The position numbers were made by a program, and so were the translations under genes. The notes beneath the pieces are model-generated. The model was given only the letters and a program-made list of their open reading frames with translations. It made no database searches and was not told the origin of the DNA. Below, piece by piece: positions 11,178 to 22,427 of a stretch of 64,000 nucleotides of DNA (position 1 is its first letter; the number at the start of each line of letters is the position of its first letter). This DNA comes from a virus. Lineage: Duplodnaviria; Caudoviricetes. Location of the stretch: positions 64,001-128,000 of the IMG/VR virus record IMGVR_UViG_3300042275_000518. One strand, given 5' to 3'.

Positions 11178-11495
11178 TTATTTCCACTCTACCCAGTCTG
11201 GATGTATAAGATGTGCGTCCTCAATTTCAGAAAAATCATTCCAAATAGGAACTGCAAATACACTATCGACATTCCATTCATCTAAGATATGGATTTTATC
11301 ACTAGTTATAGAGTATTTATTAAATACATCTCTTATATAATAATATCTATTAAGAGGCTCGCCTTCGATTTTATCTAAGAAATCATTATTGAAATAATTC
11401 AATAAACCCTCTTCTTCCATATTATTATCTAGCATCCATTGAGCGTATTTACCTCTGTCAAAATACGGTAATCTTTCGTCTAACATTTGTCTCAT
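11178..11495 (-). CDS. hypothetical protein
   Basis: 105-aa ORF. Confidence 0.55.
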   Translation of the reverse strand: MRQMLDERLPYFDRGKYAQWMLDNNMEEEGLLNYFNNDFLDKIEGEPLNRYYYIRDVFNKYSITSDKIHILDEWNVDSVFAVPIWNDFSEIEDAHLIHPDWVEWK

Positions 11496-11543
11496 CCTGC
11501 CTATTCTTGATGTAAAATAAAGAAGGTATATTTCTATACCTTC

Positions 11544-12494
11544 TTACCATTTCATAAATTTGTTTCCATCTGCCGCAAAGATTCTGTCTGTGAATTCTTG
11601 TGGCTCTGTATTGTCCAACTCTTTATTAATTGATTCAATAACTGCATCCATTGCATCCGCTTTGGCTACAACCACTGCTTCAAGTGTTGCCGGAGTCGTT
11701 GGTGAACCCCATTCTAATTTTTCATGATGCGAAAGAATAATATGTTTAATAACTAATATCTTTCTGTCAGAATTTGCGCTCACGCCTTTTGTGGCACAAT
11801 AGTCTGTGACTCTTTCTACACCATCAACTAAATGAGATATCATATCTCCAAATGCTGTGCGGCTTCCATCTTCATTATATTCAGAAAGTTTTCCAATATC
11901 ATGAAGCATTGCGCCAGCAATAACAACTTCAATATCAAGATTTTTACCTTGATAGTTATTCCAAATTCCCACTGCATTCTTTACAACCTGTGTTGTATGA
12001 ACTGCAAGTCCACCTTTATAAGCATGGTGCAATTTTGTTGCAGCTGGCCATTTGAAGAAGTCTCTGTTATTAATTACTAAATCTTCCAACATATCTCTAA
12101 TAAGAGGTGTTTGAATATATTTAGTTATGTAACTTTCTAATTCACGTTTTAATGCGACCGCATCAACAATCTTCAATATTTTCTTTTCAGATTGTTTATT
12201 TAATTTGCGAACGTTTCCCATTCTTATTTGTTCTTGGTCTCTGTAAACAGCACCAATACCTTCTACAAGAAGCACATCGAGTGTGTCAACGCTTTCCTTA
12301 ATCAAATCTAATGCATCAAAATTCCATGATACAACATCTTTTCTCTCGCCGCTTCCTTCAAGTTTAAGTATTACTCTGAATGGAACTTTATTTTCAAAAG
12401 AACCTTCATTTGGCACTTCAAGAACTGTTGCTTCGAATTCAATTGCATCGCTATTTTCAAAATTAATTTCTTTTAAACTCGATACTCTCTTCAT
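11544..12494 (-). CDS. yhaM: YhaM/Cbf1-like OB-fold + HD 3'-5' exoribonuclease
   Basis: WPAATKLHHAYKGGLAVHT, LHDIGK, HIILSHH..LEWGSP motifs. Confidence 0.85.
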   Translation of the reverse strand: MKRVSSLKEINFENSDAIEFEATVLEVPNEGSFENKVPFRVILKLEGSGERKDVVSWNFDALDLIKESVDTLDVLLVEGIGAVYRDQEQIRMGNVRKLNKQSEKKILKIVDAVALKRELESYITKYIQTPLIRDMLEDLVINNRDFFKWPAATKLHHAYKGGLAVHTTQVVKNAVGIWNNYQGKNLDIEVVIAGAMLHDIGKLSEYNEDGSRTAFGDMISHLVDGVERVTDYCATKGVSANSDRKILVIKHIILSHHEKLEWGSPTTPATLEAVVVAKADAMDAVIESINKELDNTEPQEFTDRIFAADGNKFMKW

Positions 12495-12528
12495 TTTTTC
12501 ATCTCCTTATAAAATGAATAGATGAGCC

Positions 12529-12990
12529 CTATTCATCATCCTCATCTGGATAATCTTCTAAGAGCTCATCTATTTCTGCGTCTAAACTTGTATCTTCAAT
12601 CTTAGTTGCAACCTCTTGGTGCTTTTGATTGCTTTTGTCGATTTTTTTCTTGCTATCTTGAACTAATTTTTGAAGTTCTTTAAATAAGTTTTGTTCTGAG
12701 CCTTCATCATCATCTTTGAATGTATAATCTAGTATTGCTTTCTTAATAGAAAACTTGTCTTTGATTATGCTTTGTCTTTGACTTTGAAGGGTAATTGCAT
12801 TTCTAATGTGCTCAATCAAATAGTGTTGTCCACCTTTTGAATTTGCAAAGTCAGAAAATTTCTTTATTTCGTCATCAATTGTTTTAGAATATTCATTTGA
12901 TTTAGCAAACTCTTTTTCAAGCTCATCTAAGATTTCTTGAAAATATTGCTCATATTCTTGCTTTTTATCTGCCATAATAACCCTCCTCAT
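12529..12990 (-). CDS. hypothetical coiled-coil protein
   Basis: ~147 aa (start likely MADKK), late-type promoter upstream. Confidence 0.7.
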   Translation of the reverse strand: MRRVIMADKKQEYEQYFQEILDELEKEFAKSNEYSKTIDDEIKKFSDFANSKGGQHYLIEHIRNAITLQSQRQSIIKDKFSIKKAILDYTFKDDDEGSEQNLFKELQKLVQDSKKKIDKSNQKHQEVATKIEDTSLDAEIDELLEDYPDEDDE

Positions 12991-13025
12991 AGGTCTATAT
13001 AAAGAATTGTTATTATAATTTTAAA

Positions 13026-14732
13026 TTATAAAGAGCAAATAATTACAAGTTCGTCTCTTGCTTTCTCAACGTTATCTTTCATTACTGATTCTGGATTTAG
13101 TTCTTCAACGAAATCTCTTAATGCATTAAACTTGCGTGCAACTAAAGTTTGTAAATCGCTTTCATTTAATTCATTAACAACGTCTCTTCCAATTTTATCT
13201 GTATTAAGTATAGTCGAAACTTCTGTCACCATATCATTCATATAGTCGTCATCTTCAAATTTAATGAAGTATTTGTTATATAAATATGGTTTAAACGCTG
13301 GATTAGATTTTGTTACTCTTTTGAATATTGGAATTATAAAATCAAAGAAATTCTTAATATCATGTGCAACGTCATCTCCTGCACGCCATCCGTTTAAATC
13401 AGAAACCATTCCTAGTTTTGAAAAGTATTTTTCTGAGAATAACTCGAATTTTTGAATATTATCTTCTTTTAAGTTTGAAAGGAATTTAACAATAGAATCT
13501 CCACGGCTTAGATTATTACCATAATATCTTCCTGAGTTTTCTAATCTATATGAATTTCTAAAAGATTCAGAGAATATATCTGGATATTTATTCACATAGT
13601 GCATTGTAAGATCGAAATCGTTATCTAACATGATTGAAAGGCTTGAACTTACATTAGTCATATAATCAAAATATAATCTTTCTAGTTTCTCATCGCCTTT
13701 AATTTCTTCTGGCATTTCTGTAAGATTAGAAAATAATTTTCTACCGATATCACTACTAGCTCTCGACACAATCATCTTATGTTCAAAATCTTGCTCTTTA
13801 AACAATTGAGATATAAAATGTACTACGTTTCTTTGAGAACGCCAGTCTGAACGTTGAATCATATCTTTTACCATTCCTGTTGAGAAATAGTCTTTATATT
13901 TTTCAACAAATTCTTTTACATGTAATATGTTGTCTAATTTGTTTTCAACATAGAAATACTCACCGCGCATTCCAATAAATATTCTTCTAATTAAGTCCAT
14001 AAAGCCTTCTTCTTCTTTACGAACGCGGTTATTTTGTAAGATAGTTGCTTCGATGAAATCATCTAAATCATTCATATCTGTCAGATTTTCCCTAATAAAT
14101 TTTGTATATTTATTTAGATCTTTCTTACGATATGTTGACTTAATCATTTCTACTTTATCTTCTTTTTTAAGATTCTTATTAATAATAACTAATGGGTAAT
14201 CCACGTAAGTTGAGCTAAAATAACTATCCGCTTCAAACGCATCTTTAATTTTATTAATAGTTTCTAGGTCTTCATAAGTCATTGCATGATTTGCCGCAAT
14301 TTTAATGAAGTCTTCATAGTTATCATGGAATCTGTCAAGTAAATTATTATCGATAATCTTAACTAAGAACTCAGATAATTCACTTTGCTTAAGATTCAAA
14401 GAGTTTCCTTTAACTTTCATAGTTGAAATTTTCATTTTTTCAATTATTTTGTCATAAACTTTTGATCGCTCTTCTTTATCAAGTTTCCCCATAAAATTAC
14501 TGACTTTGTTTTCTTGAACCAATAACAAGAATTTGTCATCATTATTTTTTGGTGTTTGATAATAATATCTATCTGAAACTAATTCGACAAACTCATTTTC
14601 AAATAATGGGTCTAGAAAATCTTCTACTGAAACCGTTTCTATTAATTGTCTCTCATTTATAGATATCGTGTAACTATTAAATACTGATTTGAATTCTTTT
14701 ATCATATCAATTTTTTCTTTAAAGTTCTTCAC
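13026..14732 (-). CDS. large hypothetical protein
   Basis: long ORF; GTG at 14732 after GAAGGAG chosen as the likely start. Confidence 0.7.
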   Translation of the reverse strand: MKNFKEKIDMIKEFKSVFNSYTISINERQLIETVSVEDFLDPLFENEFVELVSDRYYYQTPKNNDDKFLLLVQENKVSNFMGKLDKEERSKVYDKIIEKMKISTMKVKGNSLNLKQSELSEFLVKIIDNNLLDRFHDNYEDFIKIAANHAMTYEDLETINKIKDAFEADSYFSSTYVDYPLVIINKNLKKEDKVEMIKSTYRKKDLNKYTKFIRENLTDMNDLDDFIEATILQNNRVRKEEEGFMDLIRRIFIGMRGEYFYVENKLDNILHVKEFVEKYKDYFSTGMVKDMIQRSDWRSQRNVVHFISQLFKEQDFEHKMIVSRASSDIGRKLFSNLTEMPEEIKGDEKLERLYFDYMTNVSSSLSIMLDNDFDLTMHYVNKYPDIFSESFRNSYRLENSGRYYGNNLSRGDSIVKFLSNLKEDNIQKFELFSEKYFSKLGMVSDLNGWRAGDDVAHDIKNFFDFIIPIFKRVTKSNPAFKPYLYNKYFIKFEDDDYMNDMVTEVSTILNTDKIGRDVVNELNESDLQTLVARKFNALRDFVEELNPESVMKDNVEKARDELVIICSL

Positions 14733-15390
14733 CGTTGTATTTCTCTCCTTCATCGTGTAATATCGTGCTAGTAATGGTGTCAATTAACATCTTGTATTCT
14801 GGTGAATGTAGGTCTGGCAGACCTTTAAGATGTATAAATTTTGAATTTGGAAAGTATTTTTCCAAATATTGTTTTCTAAACAATTTGAAATCTTCAATAT
14901 GTTCATACATATATGAAAGATCTCCTAATTCTAAATTTCGATTTCGATGCATGATTCTTTCAATTGTTTCATCCGCACTTTCTTCTAATAGAATAATGTA
15001 ATCAAAATGAAATGGTCTTGAAATTCCATCAATCGCTAATCTTTCTTCTTCTGTTAAACGACCTGCTTTTGCATGAATATTACAGTATATGAATGACGAA
15101 TATGGAGCATCAACAAGCGCCACACTGTATTCACTACCATCTTCCTCATGATCAATTATATCTGTGTATATTCCCTCATGTGCTGCTGAAACCCCGCTCT
15201 GCAACGCATAAGCCCAACGAGAAGTATTTTTATAAAATTTTCTCAGTATTTCATTTAGGTCCCCGTGAATAATACTTGGTTCACCATATGTTATTGTGAG
15301 TTCTCCTAATTTGTTAAATTTTTCAGCTAACCTCTCTAAAAAAGTTGACTTTCCTACACCGATCGTTCCTATAACTCCGATTCTTTTCAT
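14719..15390 (-). CDS. deoxynucleoside kinase
   Basis: GTIGVGKST P-loop, EP, FY....RWAY.LQ, RI..RNR..E. Confidence 0.85.
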   Translation of the reverse strand: MKRIGVIGTIGVGKSTFLERLAEKFNKLGELTITYGEPSIIHGDLNEILRKFYKNTSRWAYALQSGVSAAHEGIYTDIIDHEEDGSEYSVALVDAPYSSFIYCNIHAKAGRLTEEERLAIDGISRPFHFDYIILLEESADETIERIMHRNRNLELGDLSYMYEHIEDFKLFRKQYLEKYFPNSKFIHLKGLPDLHSPEYKMLIDTITSTILHDEGEKYNGEEL

Positions 15391-15692
15391 TACTTCTCAC
15401 CTAGATCGTCTAAGAATTTTTGAAATAACGATACTTCTATTTTATAGTCTTTATTTCTATATACTAGATTTTCTAATGAAAATTTCCCAGCTTCAACTAA
15501 ACCCATTAGTATTCCGCCTTCTATGCTTTTATCTCTAACAAAAATTTCAAAATTGTTATCATCGTCAATATTATCTATAAAAGTTCTATAAAAATTCTGT
15601 TCGTCTCTTTTATTAATTGCAGATAATATAATTTTTTTAAATTCACTACATATTTTCTTTTTATTATCTTTTTCCATGTTGTCTCTCCTCAT
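15390..15692 (-). CDS. hypothetical protein
   Basis: ~95-100 aa ORF in operon. Confidence 0.6.
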   Translation of the reverse strand: MRRDNMEKDNKKKICSEFKKIILSAINKRDEQNFYRTFIDNIDDDNNFEIFVRDKSIEGGILMGLVEAGKFSLENLVYRNKDYKIEVSLFQKFLDDLGEK

Positions 15693-15749
15693 GTTGTAAA
15701 AATACTGGATACAATTCTACGTCATATCCAGTATTATAATATATATTTC

Positions 15750-16313
15750 TTACTCTTTTAACTTAAACAGTAATTCAACTGACTCTGTCATTTCAAGAGC
15801 CCTATTCTTTTTTAATAAATCTTTGTCAAGATATTCATAATATTCTAAAATAAATGCTTCTTTTAATGGATAGTATTCTGATATATTCTTCCAACTAACT
15901 TTTTCAGTTTTCATTAAATCTTTTATCAAACTCAAACTAATGTCTTGATAATATGGAAGATATGAGAAGTCAATGTATTTCTGGTGTTCTCTAATAAATT
16001 TCTCACTCATAGTTTGATTAATGGAAACAAATATCCATATTAATTCGTCTTTGTATTCATCCATAAAATCTTCGCTGAGTTTTTGATACATAGAGATAGA
16101 TATTCTATGAAGATTGGTTGTTGCTTTGTACATATAACGTCTTAAAAGTTCATCATCAAAATCAAAGTGCTTAAAGACCATTGTCCAATCCAATTTATCT
16201 GCGTACAGATTCAAGAAGCCATCATCTATTTCATCTAAATGATTTATAAAAAGTAATTCGTACTCTTTCGGCGTCAGTATCTGACCTGACTTCACTCTTT
16301 CTATCAGATTCAT
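15750..16313 (-). CDS. Trp-repeat (W..IS..Q.LSE.F) protein with C-terminal LxxKL motif
   Basis: tandem ~24-aa repeats; ends ESVELLFKLKE. Confidence 0.7.
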   Translation of the reverse strand: MNLIERVKSGQILTPKEYELLFINHLDEIDDGFLNLYADKLDWTMVFKHFDFDDELLRRYMYKATTNLHRISISMYQKLSEDFMDEYKDELIWIFVSINQTMSEKFIREHQKYIDFSYLPYYQDISLSLIKDLMKTEKVSWKNISEYYPLKEAFILEYYEYLDKDLLKKNRALEMTESVELLFKLKE

Positions 16314-16314
16314 A

Positions 16315-17196
16315 TTAAATATGACAGTCTACAATAACTAACCAATCATCAGAGTCTTTTTTAGACTCAAAATAATCTGCGATTTTTTGCTCATACAGAG
16401 CACGGGTTTCATCAGTTTCGTCAGACATTGCCCACCAGCCCATTTTTCCTGGTTCAATCCATTCGCCGTCAATCAACATAGCATATGTTAAAGAGTTATT
16501 ACCTTCTTCTATTTCTTTAATATATTCATCAATACTAGAATATTTTTCGTCAATATATTTTTTGAGCTCTTCGTCTGTGTTATATCTATTGATAACATCT
16601 TTCTTTGACTCAAAATCATACTTGAAGTATTTTGAAAGTTGAAAATCAATATCTTTAAATCTTGCGCCATTGACTCCTTCATATTTGTCGGTTTCTCTCT
16701 TAGGAATTTTTCCCTCAATAAAATCAAATGAACTTAAAGTTGCTCTTGAAGAACCAATTCCTTCTTTTCCAAGTTCTATTGCTAACATATTTGGCCAACG
16801 ACCGCCGATAGTATACCAATCCCATTTTGATTTTGGATTATAAGTTGACAAAACGTTTCCGTCATCATCAGTTTCATATCCATCGATATATTCTTCATAT
16901 AGTTCAATTTCGGTCTTATCTTTGATTTCTTCGTATCTCTTTAAGATATAATCTTTATTATATCTCGGATATAATCTATCAAATTCTGCTTCATCTTGTT
17001 TTATAAGTCTATAATATTCTTTATACTCTTCTCTTTGATTTAATACTTTTTGAATAATATCTGCTTTATGTTCAGATATATATGGGTCCATTTCTAATGA
17101 TTCATCAAATGGCGCTAAAACTTCTTTTAATTTGTATTGAACGTCGCTTATATCATACGAACCATCAATTACTACGCCTACTGTATAATGTGACAC
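16315..17196 (-). CDS. conserved phage hypothetical protein
   Basis: YNPKSKWDWYTIGGRW, GKMGWW and terminal VDCHI motifs. Confidence 0.75.
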   Translation of the reverse strand: MSHYTVGVVIDGSYDISDVQYKLKEVLAPFDESLEMDPYISEHKADIIQKVLNQREEYKEYYRLIKQDEAEFDRLYPRYNKDYILKRYEEIKDKTEIELYEEYIDGYETDDDGNVLSTYNPKSKWDWYTIGGRWPNMLAIELGKEGIGSSRATLSSFDFIEGKIPKRETDKYEGVNGARFKDIDFQLSKYFKYDFESKKDVINRYNTDEELKKYIDEKYSSIDEYIKEIEEGNNSLTYAMLIDGEWIEPGKMGWWAMSDETDETRALYEQKIADYFESKKDSDDWLVIVDCHI

Positions 17197-17254
17197 TTTA
17201 CTCTCTCCTCTTGTTGTATTTAATATGAGGGATGATTTCTCATCCCTCTTTTAT

Positions 17255-17761
17255 TTAACTTACTAATTTAATAAACAACAGCAACGACTCAGAAACCCGC
17301 TCTGGGTTATTCTTTGCAAATTGTCTAATCTTTCTTTTCAGTTTCTCTCCGTATGAAGGAAAGTCCCCAATAATTTCTTCATCATCAATAACGCCATACT
17401 TCAATCTCTTTATGACTCCTAGTCTTAGATAAAAGAGATTTCTGGTTTCCTCTGAAAGTCTCGGATAGTTATCCAATATTGTCTCAGGAGTTAGCGCTTT
17501 AATATATTTCTTGATAAAGTCTTCTGTTAGGAAATCGAATTTTGAAATTCTCTCCCAACGTAAATTCATACCTCGTTCAATTAATTTTTCCAAAACAGTC
17601 ATTGTCATATCATCGAAAAATTTATCGTTTAATAACAACTCTTGTTCTATTTCTGAGCGTCTCTGGTTATATGGTTTGCTACTTTTTCCATAATAGTTCC
17701 CCATTTTATTTGAGATATAATCTTCTATTTCCTGTAACAATTTGTATTCTTTATCCGTCAT
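17255..17761 (-). CDS. Trp-repeat-like protein with C-terminal LxxKL motif
   Basis: WERISKFDFLTEDFI; ends SESLLLFIKLVS. Confidence 0.7.
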   Translation of the reverse strand: MTDKEYKLLQEIEDYISNKMGNYYGKSSKPYNQRRSEIEQELLLNDKFFDDMTMTVLEKLIERGMNLRWERISKFDFLTEDFIKKYIKALTPETILDNYPRLSEETRNLFYLRLGVIKRLKYGVIDDEEIIGDFPSYGEKLKRKIRQFAKNNPERVSESLLLFIKLVS

Positions 17762-17773
17762 ACTTTCTCCTTT

Positions 17774-18343
17774 CTAGAAACCTAAATCGGTATCATCGTC
17801 AATTTTAAATGAATAATCTATATTGCTGTCTCGTACTTCTTCTGGTTCAGGTATTCTAACTGTTGAAGCTGAATAATCAACTGAACTGAAATAATTTGTA
17901 TCATAGAAGTATGGCACATTTTCTGGAATGATTATGAAATCATCATAATCTGTTATTCTGAACCATGGTTTTAATACTCCTGATGATTGAAAACCGTTAA
18001 ATATTTCACTACTTTTGCTAACACTTCTTTGATACAGGTCTCCACCATGTTTATAAAAGAATGTTATTTTAGTTGTTCCCTTGTTTTCGTCACTATCTAC
18101 TACTTTGAAAATCTTTTCGAAGAATATTCCAGTGACTTCCTCTTTCTTATTCAATATCATAGTGACAAGAACAGCAAAAGAGGTTTCAAGTTTTTGTTTA
18201 ATTTCATGTATTTGATATGGTTTTAGTTCTATCGATCTTTCACCTAGATATACTACACTGTTGACATCGTCATAAGACAATGAATGTAAGAATACATCTT
18301 GTGTTAGTATACCATAAATGACTTTTCCTTTATTGAAAAACAT
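17774..18343 (-). CDS. hypothetical protein with acidic LGF tail
   Basis: ends DDDTDLGF. Confidence 0.7.
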   Translation of the reverse strand: MFFNKGKVIYGILTQDVFLHSLSYDDVNSVVYLGERSIELKPYQIHEIKQKLETSFAVLVTMILNKKEEVTGIFFEKIFKVVDSDENKGTTKITFFYKHGGDLYQRSVSKSSEIFNGFQSSGVLKPWFRITDYDDFIIIPENVPYFYDTNYFSSVDYSASTVRIPEPEEVRDSNIDYSFKIDDDTDLGF

Positions 18344-18352
18344 GTGACCTCC

Positions 18353-18655
18353 TTATGTGATATTTAGTTTAAAATATAATAATGCTGAATCATTGTCTTC
18401 GAGTTCTAAAAGTTGCATAACATCTTCATGTGTTAAGCAATGTTTATAACCTTTTTGACCTTTCCATTTCCATTTATAATACTTAGTTCCATTTTTAATG
18501 AAATATTTGTATTGTACAAATTCGGACTTTTGGACTATTTCCAGTATATTATATCTCTCAAATCCAATTTCTTCAACTCTGTATATTGGATAAGTCCCTT
18601 TATTAGACTTAACATGAAGATACCCGCAAAATGCGTATTTATTTAGTCCGTCCAT
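18353..18655 (-). CDS. hypothetical protein with C-terminal LxxKL motif
   Basis: ends DNDSALLYFKLNIT. Confidence 0.65.
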   Translation of the reverse strand: MDGLNKYAFCGYLHVKSNKGTYPIYRVEEIGFERYNILEIVQKSEFVQYKYFIKNGTKYYKWKWKGQKGYKHCLTHEDVMQLLELEDNDSALLYFKLNIT

Positions 18656-18656
18656 A

Positions 18657-18962
18657 TTATGTAAAAAGTGCTAGGGCCCCAAAAATTATTCCGAGATACA
18701 CTATTAATATGATTAAACTAGCACCAATAGTACTTGTTGTACGAGATTTTCCGAGCGTTAATAATGAGTATAAAAATAGACCCAGCATCAAAACAAAGGC
18801 AAAACCAGCACTAATCCATAAAGGCGAAACTATCCACCACCATGACCAATCAATAAGATTAGTCAATTTTAAAATCAAAAATACCACGAATACTACACCT
18901 CCAAGAGTCATTCCACTACTTGTTGATGAGCTGTTGCTTCTTCTTTTATCGTTATAATACAT
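18657..18962 (-). CDS. small membrane protein (common phage LKL...IDWSWWW..PLW family)
   Basis: LILKLTNLIDWSWWWIVSPLW and hydrophobic helices. Confidence 0.75.
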   Translation of the reverse strand: MYYNDKRRSNSSSTSSGMTLGGVVFVVFLILKLTNLIDWSWWWIVSPLWISAGFAFVLMLGLFLYSLLTLGKSRTTSTIGASLIILIVYLGIIFGALALFT

Positions 18963-19229
18963 ATAATACCTCCTTAAAGTTCAGTATGAGTCCATCTAAC
19001 GTAAGCACGCTTTATGTCTTCATAATATTTGAATGTTATTTTCTTATACTTTCCGTTTGTTTTGTTCACGAAATCATTGTATCCAGAACTTTTGATTATT
19101 TCGTTAACCATATTTTCTTTATACAACATCATATATCTTTTCGAGATTTTTAATTCTATGAATCTACTTATCTCTACAATAATACTAAAACCTGAGCTCA
19201 TAATAAATAAAGAGAACCCGAAGGTTCTC

Positions 19230-21953
19230 TTATTCTGTCTCCTCAACTTCAAATATAATCTTTTTGTTGCTCATAAAATCTGGACCTTTTTGCTTAACGT
19301 TTGAATTTTTAAGCAAGATTAAGTCCATTTCCTCAGTATCAAACGCATCATTATGTGAAATAACGAATACTTGCTCAATTCCGAGCTTATCAATTTGTTT
19401 GTTAAGAATTTCAAGGAAACTCTCTCTGTTATCGCTGTCAAGTGGACCATCAATTTCATCTAATGCTAAGATGTTATAATTTCCGATTGACTGTTCGATA
19501 AGTGCCAAACTAATTGAGATAGTTGTTAAGGCTGTTTCACCTTGACTTGCGTCACTAATATCGTTCTTGATATGACTTCCTGAACGAACTCGAATGAAGA
19601 ACTCTCTTGCACTTGTTATGAAATCAATTTCGAAATCATCATCAAAAGCAAGCGCTAATAATTCATTTGTAATGTCTCTTGTCTTTTCAAGATACGCTTT
19701 AATGAAATATAGCGGAATTCCCTTGTTTGGATCCAACGCATTTTTAAGAGTTTGATAGTCAGCATAATCGCTGTTTAACTCTTCTTGTTTTGCTTTAAGA
19801 TTTGTTATAGTTGTTAGAACCATTCTTGAATCCATTAAGCCTGAATTAGCTTCAGTTTTTCTGGTTCTCAAATCTGTTAGATTGTCATTTTCAACTTGAA
19901 GCGATGCTTGCTTATCTTTAATAAGCTGAGCTTTTTCTTTATAATCCGCTTCTTGCTTCTTCAAATCTTCAACTTCTGAGACTAAGTCACGAATAGTTTG
20001 TTTTCCATGAAGATATGTTTTATAGTCTTCAAGAATTTCTTTCTCATCTTCTAAGTCAGCGTTCTTGTTCTTGCCGTCACTAATAAGTTGAGTTAACTCA
20101 CCATTTTTAGTTGCAATTTGCTTATTCTTTTCATCTATATTGTCATTGATTTGCTTTTTAAGCTTTTCATTATTGACAATTAGATTTTTCTTGTATTCAT
20201 AATTTTGTAGAGAAGCCTCATATGTTGAGATTTCCTGAATAGTTCCGATTGTGTTATTTACAGTGTCAATGACATCTTCCATATTCGCTTTGAAGTCATT
20301 ATAGTTTCCTAAAAGTCCTTCAACAACAGAACCGAATGTATCCACAAAATATAGATATACTTTGTTCATACGTGGATTGAGATTTGTATAATAAGCGTTA
20401 AATGATTTATACAGATTTTTTAGTTCACCAAATCGTTCGGCTTTACCTTCGAATTCTTCTAAATCGTTTTCCATTTGCTCAATATTTGTTTTCAATTCTT
20501 CAATTTTATCTGGAAGATTCTTATATTCTAGCACATCTTGAATCAATGGACAGTCTTTACAACGTTCATCAAATCCATCTGCATCTAGTCCATCTTTACC
20601 TTCGTAGAAGTTGCTGAACTTAATATAATCTGCTTCTTTTTGTTGAAGCTCACTGTTATAATTAGCAATCGCTGTTTGCTTACCTGAAATCAAGTTTCTA
20701 ATAGTCGTTGTTTGACCGTTAAGTTTTGCTTCGATATCGTCTTCTAGGAAATACTCAATGTTAGCCTTTTCCTTAGATATATCATTCGCTTTTAACTCGC
20801 TAAAACTTTTTACTAAGAAGTTTTTGAAGTCTTCGAATCTTGACAGATAAGTCGCAATATTCTTTTCTTCTTCAATCATTTCTCGAATAGTTTTATTTTC
20901 ATTAGAACGAAGAGATTTCAGTTCGTCATTAATTGATTTTATATTTCTTTCGATTTCTTCTAGACTTTCGCTAATATCAAATTCAGATAAACTGAACGTT
21001 AACTTCTGAACTTCATTTTCTAGTGAAACAATTGATGCACTAGTATTTTGACGATTAGCTGTTATAGTTGCAATTTCTTCTCTTAGATTTCCAACTGTCT
21101 TTTCTTTTTCAGAAATCATTGCCTCACATTCGTCAATAGTTTTCTTTCCATACTTATTGTTGAACGCAATTCCTTCTTGCATGATATTTATCTTTTCTTG
21201 CTCTTTACCACTTCGAATGATTTCTAGTGCAGCAAGATTAGTTCCTTTAATTTCAGTATTCAATCCATTTATATCCGAATTTAGAACTGCGATTTTACCT
21301 GAAACTGTTTCAATTTCTTTGTCGATATTCGCAATTAATTTTTCAAAGCCTTGGATTCTTAAATTTACTGTTTCTTCATCTTCAAGTTTATCTAAATCTT
21401 TTGAGACTGTTTTAATATTATTACTAAGCTCATTGAACTTAGTTTTAACAATTTCAAATTTTTCTAAATAATCTTCAATATCTGGCAGGAACTTAGAAAT
21501 ATACTTCTTTCTGTCAGTTGCGGTGAACTCAATAAAGTTCTGAGTATTTGAACCAATTTTACCGATTTTGAAATAGTCTGTTGTTAGTCCAAACTCATTT
21601 TCAATATATTCGTTAAAAGTTCTAACTCCGCCATTTTCATTCATTTCAACTCCATCTTTTTTGATGAAGCTCTTTGCACTTTTTTCATAAGTATGCACAA
21701 TTTCATATATGCTTCCTTCATGCTCAATATCGATTTCTTTTAATCCATCTTTATCTTCTAAGATAACAGATTTTCTATTGTCAAAAGAATCTTTGAACGG
21801 ATGAAGTTGACTTAGCAACGTTGTTTTTCCACTGCCGTTTCCACCATTAAGCATAATGATCTTACCATCTTGAAGTCTAATTTCTACTTCGTCAAGACCC
21901 ATACCATGTTTTATACCTATGAAATTTACAAGTTTTAATCTGGTAATTCTCAT
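19230..21953 (-). CDS. sbcC: SbcC/Rad50-like SMC ATPase
   Basis: GGNGSGKTT Walker A, long coiled coil with CKDCP Zn hook, ASQGE signature, LALDEIDGPLD, ISH. Confidence 0.9.
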   Translation of the reverse strand: MRITRLKLVNFIGIKHGMGLDEVEIRLQDGKIIMLNGGNGSGKTTLLSQLHPFKDSFDNRKSVILEDKDGLKEIDIEHEGSIYEIVHTYEKSAKSFIKKDGVEMNENGGVRTFNEYIENEFGLTTDYFKIGKIGSNTQNFIEFTATDRKKYISKFLPDIEDYLEKFEIVKTKFNELSNNIKTVSKDLDKLEDEETVNLRIQGFEKLIANIDKEIETVSGKIAVLNSDINGLNTEIKGTNLAALEIIRSGKEQEKINIMQEGIAFNNKYGKKTIDECEAMISEKEKTVGNLREEIATITANRQNTSASIVSLENEVQKLTFSLSEFDISESLEEIERNIKSINDELKSLRSNENKTIREMIEEEKNIATYLSRFEDFKNFLVKSFSELKANDISKEKANIEYFLEDDIEAKLNGQTTTIRNLISGKQTAIANYNSELQQKEADYIKFSNFYEGKDGLDADGFDERCKDCPLIQDVLEYKNLPDKIEELKTNIEQMENDLEEFEGKAERFGELKNLYKSFNAYYTNLNPRMNKVYLYFVDTFGSVVEGLLGNYNDFKANMEDVIDTVNNTIGTIQEISTYEASLQNYEYKKNLIVNNEKLKKQINDNIDEKNKQIATKNGELTQLISDGKNKNADLEDEKEILEDYKTYLHGKQTIRDLVSEVEDLKKQEADYKEKAQLIKDKQASLQVENDNLTDLRTRKTEANSGLMDSRMVLTTITNLKAKQEELNSDYADYQTLKNALDPNKGIPLYFIKAYLEKTRDITNELLALAFDDDFEIDFITSAREFFIRVRSGSHIKNDISDASQGETALTTISISLALIEQSIGNYNILALDEIDGPLDSDNRESFLEILNKQIDKLGIEQVFVISHNDAFDTEEMDLILLKNSNVKQKGPDFMSNKKIIFEVEETE

Positions 21954-21963
21954 TATATCTCTC

Positions 21964-22326
21964 CTATTCTCTTAGTTTTAATAATAATTTAACACTGTCA
22001 ATATCCATCTCTTCTAATATACGGTCAAATTCATCTTCATATTCTAATTTAATTTCCATAAATAATTCTCTATAATCAGCAAGATTTGGAAATTGTAAGG
22101 TCTCTTGATGTTTTAGAAATGGAAATAATAATACTATATTTTTCATGATCTTCACATATTCTCCAACAGATAATTTACTTTCATTTAAATCAAAATAAAT
22201 CTTAGTTGAATTATTTAACACTTCTACCTCTTTGAACTCTAACCTCCAACTTATTACAGGTGAAAGCTCTTTCATTTTTTCTGAAACCATTTCATTATAT
22301 TTTAATATACCTTCATGTATTCCCAT
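21964..22326 (-). CDS. hypothetical protein with C-terminal LxxKL motif
   Basis: ends DIDSVKLLLKLRE. Confidence 0.7.
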   Translation of the reverse strand: MGIHEGILKYNEMVSEKMKELSPVISWRLEFKEVEVLNNSTKIYFDLNESKLSVGEYVKIMKNIVLLFPFLKHQETLQFPNLADYRELFMEIKLEYEDEFDRILEEMDIDSVKLLLKLRE

Positions 22327-22427
22327 AATAACCTGTTCCTTTCATTCTATTATATTAAAGTCTCATAAACTCATGATTATAATATATACATATAAAAAAA
22401 ATTAAGACCCGAAGATCTTAATTTTAA

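Noticed and set aside
18974-19252. 92-aa ORF as annotated
   Set aside because: Its 5' part runs through the sbcC terminator hairpin; at most a shorter downstream ORF is real and I cannot support it.
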